Assembly (NCBI GenBank): GCA_025558095.1
Contig: JAIVFI010000009.1
Span: 620,001 to 684,000, forward strand
Length of the DNA stretch: 64,000 bases
Source of the DNA: Hyaloraphidium curvatum SAG 235-1
Taxonomy: Eukaryota; Fungi; Monoblepharomycota
Reading direction: 5' to 3'
Positions 18,534 through 30,644 of the stretch are shown piece after piece (position 1 is the first letter of the stretch; every line of letters starts with the position of its first letter). The notes under the pieces are model-generated. The model had not been told where the DNA came from, ran no database searches, and worked only from the letters and a program-made list of their open reading frames with translations. Position numbers and translations under genes: made by a program.

Positions 18534-21486
18534 ATGGCCGCGATGCGCGCCCTCTGCGCGTTGCTGCTGCTGCAGCTCGTCGCCGGCGCGTCGTGCGTGA
18601 CGTGGGTCGCGTGGTCCCCGTCGGGGTACATGGGGAACTCGCCGTATCTCGTCTCCGGGCGCGCGTTCGGCCCGGAGCCGTGCACGGTCACGAGCGGCGC
18701 GCAGCGGAATCTCCTCGACCACACACGGCTGCCGAATCAGAAGGGTGGCGACACTTCGGGCGCCGACTACCTCACCAAGTCGAAGCCGCTGGGGCAGCCG
18801 GTCACGGCGGAGCTCCAAATCGTCATCTCCAACACCCAAAAGGCCCACATGGTCTACCATCCGGCCCAGGGGCCCACCCAGCCGCTGCGCGCGATCGTCT
18901 TCTCCGCTTCGAGCATCTGGACCATGGCCGTGAACCCCAGGCTGCCCTGGGCGGAGAAACTGGCCAAGGACTTCCGCAAACAGCACGGCCTACCCGTGAC
19001 CTGCTACATGTTCGAGCTGCGCGCCGACCCGCGCACGAGCCCGGGGCCCTTCCACATTTTCACCGTGTGCACCACCTCCAAGAACGTGGACGACGAGATG
19101 AAGTACCTTTCGGACCTAATCGTCGAGCAGTCGCAGCCGCAGAAGCAGCGCCTCATGGCCGGAAAGAACAAGGCCGCAAACACCCTCGACTACACCTTCA
19201 CGGGCGACGACGGCCCCATGTCGGACTTTACCGGAGACGGCTTCCTCATAGCCTGCATCGCCCCGACGTATGGCAAGCCCAAACCCAAGCCCGTTGCGAT
19301 CCTCGGCCGCTCTTACCGCGCCAGGACCGGGCCGCGGCTACCTCTCGCGCCGCTGGACGATAAGCCGCAGCAGGTCCAGTGGACCGGTTACGAAAAGGGG
19401 TCGGACGTGATCGCGGTGGCCAAGGTGTACGACGACGCGGACGCGGAGGACCCGGGCGCCATCATGATCTCGTTCCGCGGCACGGCTAATTGGAATGACG
19501 TCAAGCTGGACCTGAACTTAATGCAGCGCACCTTCTTCGAGCGCCTGTCCACCTACATGCAGGGCAAGCCGATGCTGTCGCTCTTTTCGATCGCGCTGCT
19601 CAAGTTGGCGCAGAGGAAGAACCTGGCAGCGGACGGCAACAGTTTCATCAATTTCTTCCGCGAGTGAGTGTCTTCACCCGCCGTCCCGATGGCACGCAGC
19701 CTCTGATCCGACCCCGCAGGTGGTACCAGTTCTCTCTCAAGCCCCTTTTGGACGACGTCGATCCCAACACCCCGGTGTACCTCTGCGGTGCCTCGCTCGG
19801 TGGCTACCTCGCCCAGCTCCTGTCGATGCAGCTGACCCTGAGCGGCCGCCCCGGCCTGGTGGCTTGCCGCACCATGGCCGCCCCCGGCGCCGTGCGGGCT
19901 TACATCGAACGCGGCCGCGAGTTTTTCGGGAACGACGTGGTGCCCCCGCTCCGATGGGCACGAGCCATGGGGCGCTCAGTGTTCGTCAATCATGTCTCCC
20001 TGTTCGATTGGATCCCCAAAATCGGCGTGCAGCCCGGCAAGGTGTGCATATACGCCGACGAACCCGAGAGGCCCAAGTGCGGTGGGATGGCTGTCTTCAA
20101 CATCGAGGGGATTACCGACATCTACTCGTGCTGGTGGGTGCCCCGCGTCGCGTTGCCGTCGGACCGTGCCGACAGCCGTCCGTCCACAGGGACCAGCACA
20201 TCAAGGCCATCAGTGGGCTTTCGAGGCGCAAGGGTTCCAAGTGCTGCCCGCTCAAGGTCCCCAACGAAAGGGTCTGCGGCTTCGTGGACCGGCCCAAGCT
20301 GTGGGCCGGGCCGCAGGGCAAATACAGCCCTTACTGGTTCAGTGACTTGCTGGGCCGGAAAACGGCTGCGAACGCCGTTGGGCAAGCGACGGACACGGGG
20401 AAGAGGCTCGGGCTGTGGACGGACGGTGGGGGCGGGGCCGGGGAGGGATCCGGTGGGGACGGCGAATGGACGGACAGCGAGGAGGAGGGAGCGGAAGAGT
20501 CCGCGGAGCAGGGAGCGGGGGCGGGGGCGGGGGACCGCGATGCTTCAAACATCGTGGTCCTGCTCGACGACTACGCTTCAAGGCAGTGGGCCTTAATGAC
20601 TGCGGACGACGGCGACTTCGGGGACCTGTTTGGCGGAGGGAACGGCAACGGCAAGGGCACGAAACTGGGCAAGCCGCCAAACAGGGAGGATGGCTTCTCG
20701 AACCGGCAGGGCGGTGGCCCGAACCGGCAGGGCGGTGGCCCGAACCGGCAGGGCGGTAAACAAGGCGGTTCCCCTAACAAATGGAAAGTGGACACGGATG
20801 AGGAGGGCGGCGAAGGAAACGAGGGGCCCGACGACGACGGCAATGCAGTGCCGGTGCGTGGCGACACAAGCGAGGGTCCCGACAACGACGGCGATCTGTT
20901 CGAGTACGTGTTCAGGACCCTGCCCCCACCTCGGGAGATCCCGGTCCCGGTTCCCGGCCAGGGGCTGGGTGACATGACGGATGCCGAAGCGAATCGGATG
21001 CTGACCCAATCGGTGTTGCCCGGGCTCGGGCAGAACGGAGGCGGGCCGGGCAACGGCGGAAACAACGGCGGGCAAGACGGCGGGAATCAGGGAACCGGCG
21101 GGCAGAACAACCAGAATAACGGCGGGCGCGGGGGCGGCGGCGGCGGAACGGGAGGACGGTCCCGATCGGACGCTCGGACGAAGCCCAAGCCCGACGCGAA
21201 CACGGGAGGCCGCTCCCAGTCCACGGGGGGACGGCCCAACAACAACCAGCCACTGGCTCCCACGCAGCAAGATGATGGCGGCAATGGGGATGCGCCGGGA
21301 GACGACAACCCGCCTCCGCGGACGGGGGGCTCCGGCGGCGGGCGGTCGCGCGCGAGCGGCATGTCAGGCGGCTCGGGCCGATCGGCGTCGGATGCAGGCC
21401 AGGGAACGGGAAACAGGCCCCAGGGAGGCCAGCGCAATCGGGGTGGATCCGCACCGGGACCGGTGCGCGGCGGCGACGATGAATAG
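18534..21486 (+). CDS. Secreted class-3 lipase-like alpha/beta hydrolase with long Gly/Asn/Asp-rich tail (introns 19664..19719, 20134..20189)
   Basis: Signal peptide MAAMRALCALLLLQLVAG; ISFRGT, CGASLGG nucleophile elbow, FDWIPKI, DQHIK. Confidence 0.75.
20701..20757 (+). repeat. 21-bp coding tandem repeat (NRQGGGP) x~2.7
   Basis: AACCGGCAGGGCGGTGGCCCG units read directly. Confidence 0.9.
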
Positions 21487-21499
21487 CCGGCCGAGCCGG

Positions 21500-21999
21500 C
21501 AGGGAGCCCTGCGCAGCCTTTGTGAGGGCTGCAGGGCGATCCGTTCGGATCCCTACCTCCCCTTGCTGCAGTACCCGGCTAGGCGGATCGGAAGCCGGGA
21601 CGCTTTATTCGAGGAGGTCGGCGAGATCGCGGAACGCCAGCGCTGGTATTGGAGGCATTTGTAGGACGCGCGTCGCGCCCGAAAATGTTAAGGAGAATGA
21701 GGATGCCAAGACCTAGAATTAGCCTTCTTCGGTTGATCGTCAAGAGCGACTCACAGTTCGATCCCGAGATCGTAGGGTAGATGGCCGGGCTACGTGATGG
21801 CAGTGGAGGAGAGCGTACCGCGCCAGGATTGGGCCGCGGCAACTTCTCGCACCGCTGGACAACAAGCCGCAGGAAGTCCAGTGGAGGGGTTACGAAACGG
21901 GGCCGAACTCGGTCGCGGCGGGGAACGGGGCGCAGGGGAGGGCAGAACAACCGGGGCGGCTCCGCGCCGGGGCCGGCGCGCGGCGACGACAGCGAGTAG
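21500..21999 (+). pseudogene. Collapsed relic of a duplicated F-box-like + lipase gene pair
   Basis: 21500-21664 resembles the F-box-like C-terminus; 21816-21910 matches 19315-19408; 21935-21999 matches 21422-21486. Confidence 0.7.
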
Positions 22000-22335
22000 G
22001 AGCGGAATCTCGCTTGGGGAATGGGCATGCAGGGTTAAGTTACGTGGACGAGAAGGGGGCCGCCGTCCGCTGGAAGTGTTATTGTGTTGATCTTCTGAAT
22101 AAGTAGAGAAGCCGCTTTCCCATCTGCTATGAATCGACATCGCCTCGGTTACGCGAGACGACGAGAGAGAATGCCATTAGCCAGAGAAACTACTAAGCAA
22201 GACACAGATCGATCGAGTTCCACCGCGAACCAAGCAGCCGCCATCTGCCCGCGCCCAAGAAAAGAGTCCGCCGTGCCGTCCACCTCCTATGCCACCTTGC
22301 CTCCCAGCTTCCGATCCGCGATCCAAGCCGACCCC

Positions 22336-23579
22336 TCAGGCTCCACCCTCCCCGAACTTTCTCCCCCACATGATCATCTGCCCCCGCCACCGCATCAGCC
22401 ACCGCATCCCGCACCGCGGCGAAGCGAAGACGCACCTGCAGCTGGTCGTACCCCGCCAGCACGCCCGCCCCCGCGACGGCGCGGAGGATGTTGGCCCCCG
22501 CGCCCTTGAACAGCGACGAGGCGCCCTCGTTGCGGACCACCTGGGTCAGGCAGTCCCACGAGGAACGGTACTTGACCGCCTCGCCCGAGGTCATCATCAT
22601 CCGCCTGTGCGGTGTGCATCAGGCATTGGCCATGTGAGCCACACGGCCGGGCCAGGGGAACCGCACCTCCTGACCGTGTCGAGCGGGTAGCTCGCCAGCC
22701 CCGCGCCGATGGTCACGCTCCACCCCAGCATGAACGCCGCGAGGAAGCTCCCCTCCAGGTTCCCCGTCAGCAGTGCCGGCTTGAGCGAGTCGTACGCGCC
22801 AAAGTACAGCCCGCGGTAGATCACGATCCCCACGCAGCTGACGGCGAACCCCCTGTAGAGCCCCGCGAGGCCGTCCGAGGCGAGGGTCTTCTTGTACACG
22901 TCGAACAGCCCCGAGAACTGCCTGTCGCCGCCGCCCTTTTTGGCGGATTTGGCGTCGTTGGCCAGCCGCGTGCGCGCGTAGTCGAGCGAGTAGACGAAGA
23001 GCAGGGAGGTGGCGCCCGCGGCGCCGCCAGAGGCGAGGTTGCCGGCGAACCACTTCCAGTAGCCGTCGCGGTCCTTGTTGAAGCCGAACATGCGCTTGTA
23101 CTTGTCCTTGAAGGCGAAGTTGAGGGCCTGTCAAAAGCCGGTGAGGTGGCTTCCGGCGGAGCGGCGCCGGGGGGCCTGCCTGCGTGGGGAAGTAGCGGAT
23201 CACGTTGGCGAGGTTGCCGCGCCAGAGCGACGGGAAGCCTGTGGGCCAAAAGGACGAGGTCGAGGTCAGTGCCCGAATGGCGTGATCTCGCCTGCCCCCT
23301 GACGCACCCTCGTTCCTGATCGTCCGCGTGAAGCACTCCGTGATCCCCTTGTACGGCCTGTCCAGCCTCCCCTGCTTGATCATCTCGTCCTGTCGGACAC
23401 CAGCCACAGGGAGTCGGCATGCTGCATCCCAGCAGCCGAGTCCAACGCGCGCCGACCTGGTTCTGTATCAGCAGCTTCACCCTCTCGATGGGGGCTGCGG
23501 CGGTCTTGGAGACGGCCGCCGACACGCCGCCCATGAGGAAGTCCACGGCAAAGCTGGTCGCCGAGTCGTTCTTGGACAT
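22336..23579 (-). CDS. AAC: Mitochondrial ADP/ATP carrier (5 introns: 23390..23456, 23239..23307, 23128..23179 GC-AG, 22605..22666, 22378..22435)
   Basis: [48 protein letters not shown], signature RRRMMM after splicing. Confidence 0.97.
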
Positions 23580-24000
23580 CTGGGTGCGGGACGGGGGTCT
23601 GCCGGGGGTCGGACGGGGTGGGTGGGGGCAGCCTGCGGGCGGAGCGGTCGTGTCAGCAGTTTTCCCATGCAGTGCGGAGCAAATTGTGCCCCAGGAGCCC
23701 GCGATGGCCGTCCGGGACCAACGCTGGCGTGGCGGGGCGTCTCACTCCAGACGCGTCGCGGGCGGCCGAAAAGGGGCCGGCAGCGAGGCAGGCGCGTTCT
23801 ACGTGCCTGCCGCAACTCGCGGAACGTGCCGACGCCTACCGGAAGCAAGCTGGAAGCGCGTCGGCGAAACCCGAGTTGCGTGGGATCGGCGCGCTGATTT
23901 TTGCGCTATCTGCGATCGGCTCTAACCGCCGCGAATAGCTTTTCCCCCGAACCGTCGACACCAATAACAACGCGGCGAATTCGCGAGCCTGCACCGCACC

Positions 24001-27000
24001 ATGGAGGGCTGGGCGGGGTCGCCCGCGTCGCCCGACGCGCCGCTCGCGCCGTTCTTTTCCGCGCTCGCTGCGCAGTTTGCGGCGAAGGAGAGCGAGGCCG
24101 ACTGGGACGCGCGCGACGCGGCGCTGAAAGCGCTCGGCGGGCTGGCGGCGGGCGGCGCCCCGCGGCAGAAACCAAAGGAATGGGCCGAAGGAATGCGGGT
24201 CGCGGCCGACGCCGTGTGCTCGGCCGCCGTGTCGCTGCGCACGGCGCTCGCACTCACCGCGCTGGCCACCGTGCCGGCGCTGGCCGCGGGGGGGCACCTC
24301 TCCGCCTACGTCGAAGCCGTGCTGCCCACGCTGCTCAAGCTGACGGCCACAACAAAGAAGCTGGTTGCGTCCGCGGCAGAGGCGGCCGCCGAGGCGCTGC
24401 TCAAGGAGTCGGCCCCGCAGCACACACTTAGGGCGCTGCCGATGCTCGAGCAGCGGCTGGCCGAAAAGAACGCCGCGGCACGCTCGGCCGCCGCCCACCT
24501 GCTGCGCGTGGTGCTGGATGTCGGCATGGCGGCACCGCACGCGAGGGCGGAGCTGGAGCGGTCGGGCATGCTGGACGTCGCCGAGCGGTGCATCCGCAAG
24601 GCCCTGACGGACGCCAGCCCCGTCGCGAGGGACTACGCCAGGGCGTGCTACGCGCTGCTGGGCGACGGTTGGCCGGAGCGGTCCGAGAGGTAAGCCCGTT
24701 TGGAGGTTCGACGATTCCACTGTTGCTGACGGTCGATTCAGGCTCCTCGACTCGCTCGACGCGCCGACCCGCAAAGCCGTCCTGCGCGGCATGTCCGGCG
24801 CCTCGTTGCCCTCGGTGCCTTCCAGGGCGGGCACGGAAAGCGAGCTGCTTTCGCCGACGACACCTCGCACCGCCCCCGCGGCCCTTGCCACTGAGCCCAG
24901 CGCCGGCGACGTCGGGGAGGCCGAGCCCTCGATCACCGCCCTCCTCTCGTCGGCGAGCCCGTCGTCCCGCGCCCGCGGCGTCGACGCCTTCCTCGCGCAG
25001 GGCCTGCGCGATCCGACACCGGCCTTCCCTTCCGCGTTCCTCGCCCTGCTGCGTGCTCCGGACGCCAAGAACAAGTGCCTGGAAGCCCTGCCTGCCCTCG
25101 TCGAAGCCGGCTCCATCCAAGCCGGTGTGGTGCTCGCCGAAGCCGCCACGGACACGGACATGCTCGTGGACGTCGCCGCATCGCTCGGCCCTTCCGACAC
25201 GATCGCTGCGATCCCGGCCGCCCTCCCCGGATCCCCAGACCCCTCCTTCCTCATCTCGCTGCTGCTCTCCCTGCTCCCGACCCTGGGTCCCAACGCCCTC
25301 TCGGGCCCAGACTCCCCGCTGGACGCGCTGCTGGCCTCCCTTGCCCCGCTCGCATCCGACCCGGGCGCCGCCGACGCCCTGCGCGCGCTCCGCGCCGCGG
25401 ACCGCTGGGGCTTCGAGCGCGCCCTCCGCGCCTCCGTGCCCGCCGACCTGTTCCCCGCCGTCCGCGCGGCAGTCGAAGAACCCGCCTCGGAACCGGGCAG
25501 CGCGAGGAGCACCCCCCTGCACCGCCCCTCGCACGTCCTCGCGGCGGCGTCCCCCTCCCCCTCCGGATCCCCCGCCAACGCGGCCTCCCCGGCAGCGGGA
25601 ACCGCCTCGTCGGGTGCCACGCCGGACTTCCTCTCCCGGATCCGGTCGCTCGCCCCCCGCGCGTCGCTCCCGCCGCTCCCATCGACCTCCGCCACCCCCG
25701 CGCGGCCCGCGGCGGAGCCGAGCCCGTTCGGGGTGCGGATTGACGAGCGCAAGTTCAGGCTGTCGCTTTCGTTTTCGGGGGAGCCGGAGACGCCCGGCGT
25801 GCAGGGCGGGGAGGAGCAGGAGGAGGTTGGGGACGGGGAGGGGCAGCCGGGGTGGAGCCTGGCGGACGAGCTGGGGGAGGGTTGGGAGGTGCGTCGTCCG
25901 CATTGACCGCATTGAATGCCGTGCAATCTGCGTGCTGATCTGTGCGTGATGCCGACAGATGGATCCCGAGCCGTGGAGCAGGAGGGCGTCGGCGGTGACC
26001 CTGCACGCGGCGGTGAACCCCGAGACGCCGCGGGGCAGCAACGCTGTGGGATCGGCGGGGAGCACGCCGCGGCAGGCGGAAGCCACGCCCCGCGCCGCTG
26101 TCCCCGGATCCGTAGGCTCCACTCCGCGCCGAGCCGACGGCACCCCCCGGGCAGCGCAGCGCACCCCCGCATCCGCCGCCTCGACCCCCCGCGCGCCGGC
26201 TGTCGCGGTCTCGGTGACCCCCGCCCCGCCCGGCGGCATGGTATCCGCCGCCGCATCGCCCGAGCGCAGCCCGGCGGTGCCGGCGACCCCCGAACCCGCG
26301 ACGCCCGGGCTGGTTCCGAAGAGCCCGGCGGTGCCGACGACACCGGCGACGCCGTACATGCGCGAGGAGAGCGAGAGGGTGCGCCAGGGCGCGGGATACA
26401 GGGATGCGGAGAGGAGGAAGGCGATGCGTGGGTCCCGCTCGTGCATGCGGGTGTGTGCGGCCGCTCATTGCTTCCCGCCCCGAAGTGTTCGCGCAGGCCA
26501 CCCCCGACCCCCGGTCGGCCGATGCGGACCTCGACGACGTGCTGATGATGCTCCGCGCCGCGGGGCCCGGGCCGAGGCTGCTGGGCACCGGCTGGAGGAA
26601 GGTGCTCAGGCTGTCCGAGGCTGCGAGGGGCAAGGGCAAGGGGGTGTTCGGCGGGCACGGGGCGGAGATCGTCGAGGGGGTGGTGAGGGAGTGGGAGGAT
26701 CTGAAGGAGGAGGGCGGCGAGGTGGGTTTGCCCCGCATGACGCCCGTTGCACGGAGCTGATCCTGCGTCTCTGTTGCAGGCCGCGGCGTGGCCGGTGTTT
26801 GCGCTCTCGGTGCTCGCCGCGAACCAGAACCCGCTGGTGCGGTCCGAGCCCGGCCTGCTCGGCGCCGTGCTGGGCTGCTTCTTCTCGGCCTTTTCCGCCG
26901 ACGACCCCGGCGTGCAGGCCTCTGCCTACTCCGGGCTGCTGGCGTGCCTGAGGCGCACCGATGCCGCGGCGCTGGCATCCGTCTGCGCGTCGTGGCTGGA

Positions 27001-27382
27001 AGCGCCCGGGTGGGACGCCGAGCCGGGCTCGGACAGTCCCGCCGGCCGCGCGTGCCCCGCCTGGGCCTGCCTCAAGGTTCTCGCCCTCGCGCTAGACCGG
27101 TTCCGCACCGCGCGGGAGCGCGACCCCTCTGCCGGCCCCGCTCCGGGCCTTGTTTCGCGCGCGGCAATGCTGATGGCCCGCGCGCTGCGGAGCCCCGATC
27201 CCCTGGTGCGCATGGCGGGGACGGACGTCGCGGTTGCCGTGGTGGCGCTGGCGGGGGAGGAGGCGATCGGGGTTCTGGGCAAGGGGGCGCAGGGGGAAGC
27301 CAGGAAGTGGGTTGTGAGGTGCGCGGTGGAGCTGTGGGAGAGGGGGGAGTGGAGGCTCGGGTTCGCCGGGTCGGGGAGGTAG
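24001..27382 (+). CDS. CLASP/Stu1-like TOG/HEAT-repeat microtubule regulator, multi-exon
   Basis: N-terminal E..WDARDAAL, SLRTALALTA, TTKKLVA, DASPVARDYAR (CLASP_N-like); Ser/Pro-rich middle; C-terminal HEAT repeats. Confidence 0.75.
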
Positions 27383-27475
27383 ACGTGCGCATAGCTAGCT
27401 TGAACCGGGTTGCCAGCGCACACAGTTTGTTGCAGAGATCGGGCAGTTTACACACCATCGAACTGCGATTACGCC

Positions 27476-29070
27476 TCACAGGCCGCTGTGGCAGGCAAAG
27501 TCGATGCTGATCGCAATCCCGAGGCCCCTGAAGATGCTCCACAGGCCCACGACCAGCGTGACCACGGTGACGAGCACCGTGCGCACGACACCGTAATCCA
27601 CTGCGAACCCCATGAACCGCCCGCGGAACCTGGCCACCTCGGCGTAGGATGACAGGACGGCGTCGTGGCGGCGGATGTCGGCGGCCAGTTCCGAGTTCGG
27701 GATCACGGGGAGCTCCCGGATCTCCCGTTGGGCTTCCAGGTAGAGGTCGCGGATGGAAATCACCTGCGCGTTCGATGCTGCGAGGGATAGCAGATCGAAT
27801 AGAGCCGTCGTCAGCAAGGTGTAGCAGAAGAAGATGATATAAACCGCTGGAATGCAGGATCCTACGATCTGGAGAGCAAGGTCAGAGCGGATGGCTCATG
27901 GACAGACATCTCCTCTCCGGCCTACCATGTTGACTAGTGCCCCAAGGGCTGCTATTCCGAGGGTCAAGAGGGTTACTGCGGAGAAGTTCAAGTTGGAGAC
28001 CCTGGTCTTCCAGACGGCCGTGAAAACGGCGTGAAGCTCCGCGTACGGCTCGTCGGACACCGGAGAGCTGAGGTGCGAAACACCGGAACGAAGTCGGCCG
28101 AGCAAGTCCGCGAGAGCGAGCTTCATCGCGCGATAGGCCACGCGCTCCGAAAGGCGGAAGATGGCGACGTTCCCCGTGAAGCGGCAGATTGTGTTTGGGA
28201 TGTTGTGGCATGCCATCGCGACCACTGAAGGAAGTCAAGGCCGGGCTAACACCGATTCCAAAAGAGCCCACCAGTGAATGCTGCGAGCACGGCAGCCCAC
28301 GGTGTCGTCCACACGGCGCCAGCAAAAGTGACGAAGGGCGTCCAGAAGGTAAAGAGGGAGAAGGTGAGTACAAAGGCCGTCCTGAAAGCTGCTTCGAGGA
28401 TCCTCAGAACAGCTATGCCGCGGACCAGGCCACCAGCACATTCCGACAAGCTGCAGGGACACAGGCTGTCCCGCGGAGCATGATCCAGAAGCGAGTGGTC
28501 CGTGGTTTTTGTGCCTTCCGCGGCCACGACCTGGGTCCAACGTACTAGGCCGGCGAGGGGAAACGGGTCCAGATTCCGGGGCCCGGATCGCACCCACGCA
28601 CCCAGGGGTCTACGGTAGATGGTGAAGCTAGGAGCTACAATTGCCCCCTGCGCGAAGAAGAGAACCAACGTAACGAACCCGACCGCAAACTGCTTCGTCG
28701 CGAAGAGGTCCCCACGAAAAGCCCAACATGCCGACAGGAGTGCCGTACCGACGAGCCAAAAGAGAACCCCGCGTTCGAGGGCCCGAGCCGCCGCCGGGGT
28801 CAACCATAGCTGTAGGGCCGTAAACCAGCGCAGCGCCGGTTGCGCAGCCAATCCCGCCAGGAGTTCCTGCTTGTCCAAAGGCCGAGCCACTCGCAGCTGT
28901 TCCGCGCGGTCGGGCGGCGCAGGGGCCCCAGAGAAAGAGGGACCGACGGCCGGGAACGCGGGGACCGCGGCTAGGTATTCGGCCGGGGTCACAATGAAGT
29001 TCCGCTCGTCAACATCGCTCGACGCGTCCGGAACGGTTATGGTCACGGCTTTAGTCTCCATAGGACCCAT
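27476..29070 (-). CDS. 7-TM membrane protein with gustatory-receptor-like (7TMIC) topology (introns 28225..28271, 27869..27925)
   Basis: Spliced product has 7 hydrophobic helices with long loops after TM2, TM4 and TM6; C-terminal GRFMGFAVDYGVVRTVLVTVVTLVVGLW. Confidence 0.6.
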
Positions 29071-29424
29071 TGTAGAAGAGTCGGGAGAAAGTCTGCTTTC
29101 GTGAATGAGGGATCGGGGGATCGACGCTCCGCGGCCACCTGGGCTATTGCGGCCGGAAACGCCGAATGTGCCGCCAATATTTCCACGTTTTCCTAATGCA
29201 GAATCTTGGGATTTCTTGGACGAGAAGTGACGAACGACCCGAAGGAAGTTCGAAGCTTCTAAAGAAGTCAGCGAACCTGGCTGACGCGCCCACTTCAAGA
29301 CCCTTGATCGCATTCACGCGACGCCAACACCTCGCCCGCCGTTGCCAGCTCCAAGCGACGAGCGGAGAACACTCTCTTTAACTGCCCTTCCCCGCCGGAC
29401 GCGTCCGGCCTCCCGCAAGGCGCG

Positions 29425-30495
29425 ATGGTGCAGGCCGCCGAGGCCTTCGACCTCGAGGAGTACCTCGAGCGGATCGGCTTCGAAGACGAGCCCGTGCCCG
29501 ACATGGACACGCTGCAGAACGTCGTCCTCCGCCATGCGCTCGCCATCCCCTTCGAGAACGTCGACGCCGTGCTCGGCCGCACGCCCGACCTCTCCCCCGC
29601 CGGCCTGATGGCGAAGCTCGTGCGCTCGCGCCGCGGCGGGTGGTGCCACGAGCACGTCGTGCTGCTCAGGCTGGTCCTGGACGATATCGGCTTCCGCACG
29701 CGGCTGGCGCTGGCACGCGCACGCTGGAACCTGCCCCAGAACGCCGATGTGTTCCGCGGCCACTCGGTCTTGTTTGTTGGCCTGCCCGAGAGCGACGAGG
29801 AGTACCTGCTCGAGGTCGCTTACGGCTCGCTTCGGCTGTCGGCACCCATCCTCCTCAAAGAGGGGCTGGTGCAGGAGACGCTGCACGGCACCTGCCGCCT
29901 CCTGCGCGAGTCCGCCGGGTGGCTGCTCCAGGTGCAGCGCGGCAGCGATTGGGCCGACGTGGTGCTGATCGAGGATGCGCCCGTGACGGCCGCGGACCTG
30001 GACATGGTCAATTGGGCCCTGGCCAACCGCAGGGGTAACCCGATCAACGAAGAGGCCACGCTAGCCATGGCGCTCGAGGGCGGCGGGAGGATGGTGCTCG
30101 CCAAGGGCAAGCTTACCGTGACCGAGAACGGCAAGAAGGTCGAGCAAACTGTCACCGGGCCCGAGGACCTGCAGAAGGCGCTCGAAAAGATCGGCGTTCA
30201 GCTCGCCGACTCGGACCTCGCCAGGCGCACACTGCGCCGCGCGTTCTCGGTGCCCTCGCTCCCGCGCCCGTCGACGCTCGCACGCAGCATGCCGCGCAGC
30301 GCCGCGAGGAGCCGCACCATGGGCGGCACGCTGAGGCGCAAGCGCAACCCGGAGGAGCTCACGCCCGAGGGATCGTGGCTCGGCGGCGAGGCCCAGCAGG
30401 CTGTCGACGGCCTGGAGGAGGCCAAGGACGTGATCGAAGAAGCGAGGGAGGCGGTGGAGCTGCTGGACATTGGGCACCAAGTGCACGTCAAGTGA
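29425..30495 (+). CDS. Arylamine N-acetyltransferase with C-terminal extension
   Basis: YLERIG, HALAIPFENVD, RRGGWCHEH (Cys), RGHSVL (His), YLLEVAYG (Glu at the Asp position); intronless. Confidence 0.92.
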   Translation: MVQAAEAFDLEEYLERIGFEDEPVPDMDTLQNVVLRHALAIPFENVDAVLGRTPDLSPAGLMAKLVRSRRGGWCHEHVVLLRLVLDDIGFRTRLALARARWNLPQNADVFRGHSVLFVGLPESDEEYLLEVAYGSLRLSAPILLKEGLVQETLHGTCRLLRESAGWLLQVQRGSDWADVVLIEDAPVTAADLDMVNWALANRRGNPINEEATLAMALEGGGRMVLAKGKLTVTENGKKVEQTVTGPEDLQKALEKIGVQLADSDLARRTLRRAFSVPSLPRPSTLARSMPRSAARSRTMGGTLRRKRNPEELTPEGSWLGGEAQQAVDGLEEAKDVIEEAREAVELLDIGHQVHVK

Positions 30496-30644
30496 AGTTT
30501 TGAGGGGAGTGGGAGTCCGTGAAGCAATTCAGTTTCTGATCATCGTGTGCTATTCGTCGGGGTCTTGGAGTGCATTGTACATACGAGTTCTGTGCGATGT
30601 ACAATATCTTGATTGAACAGTTATGCCCCCTAAAGCTTTGGCCT

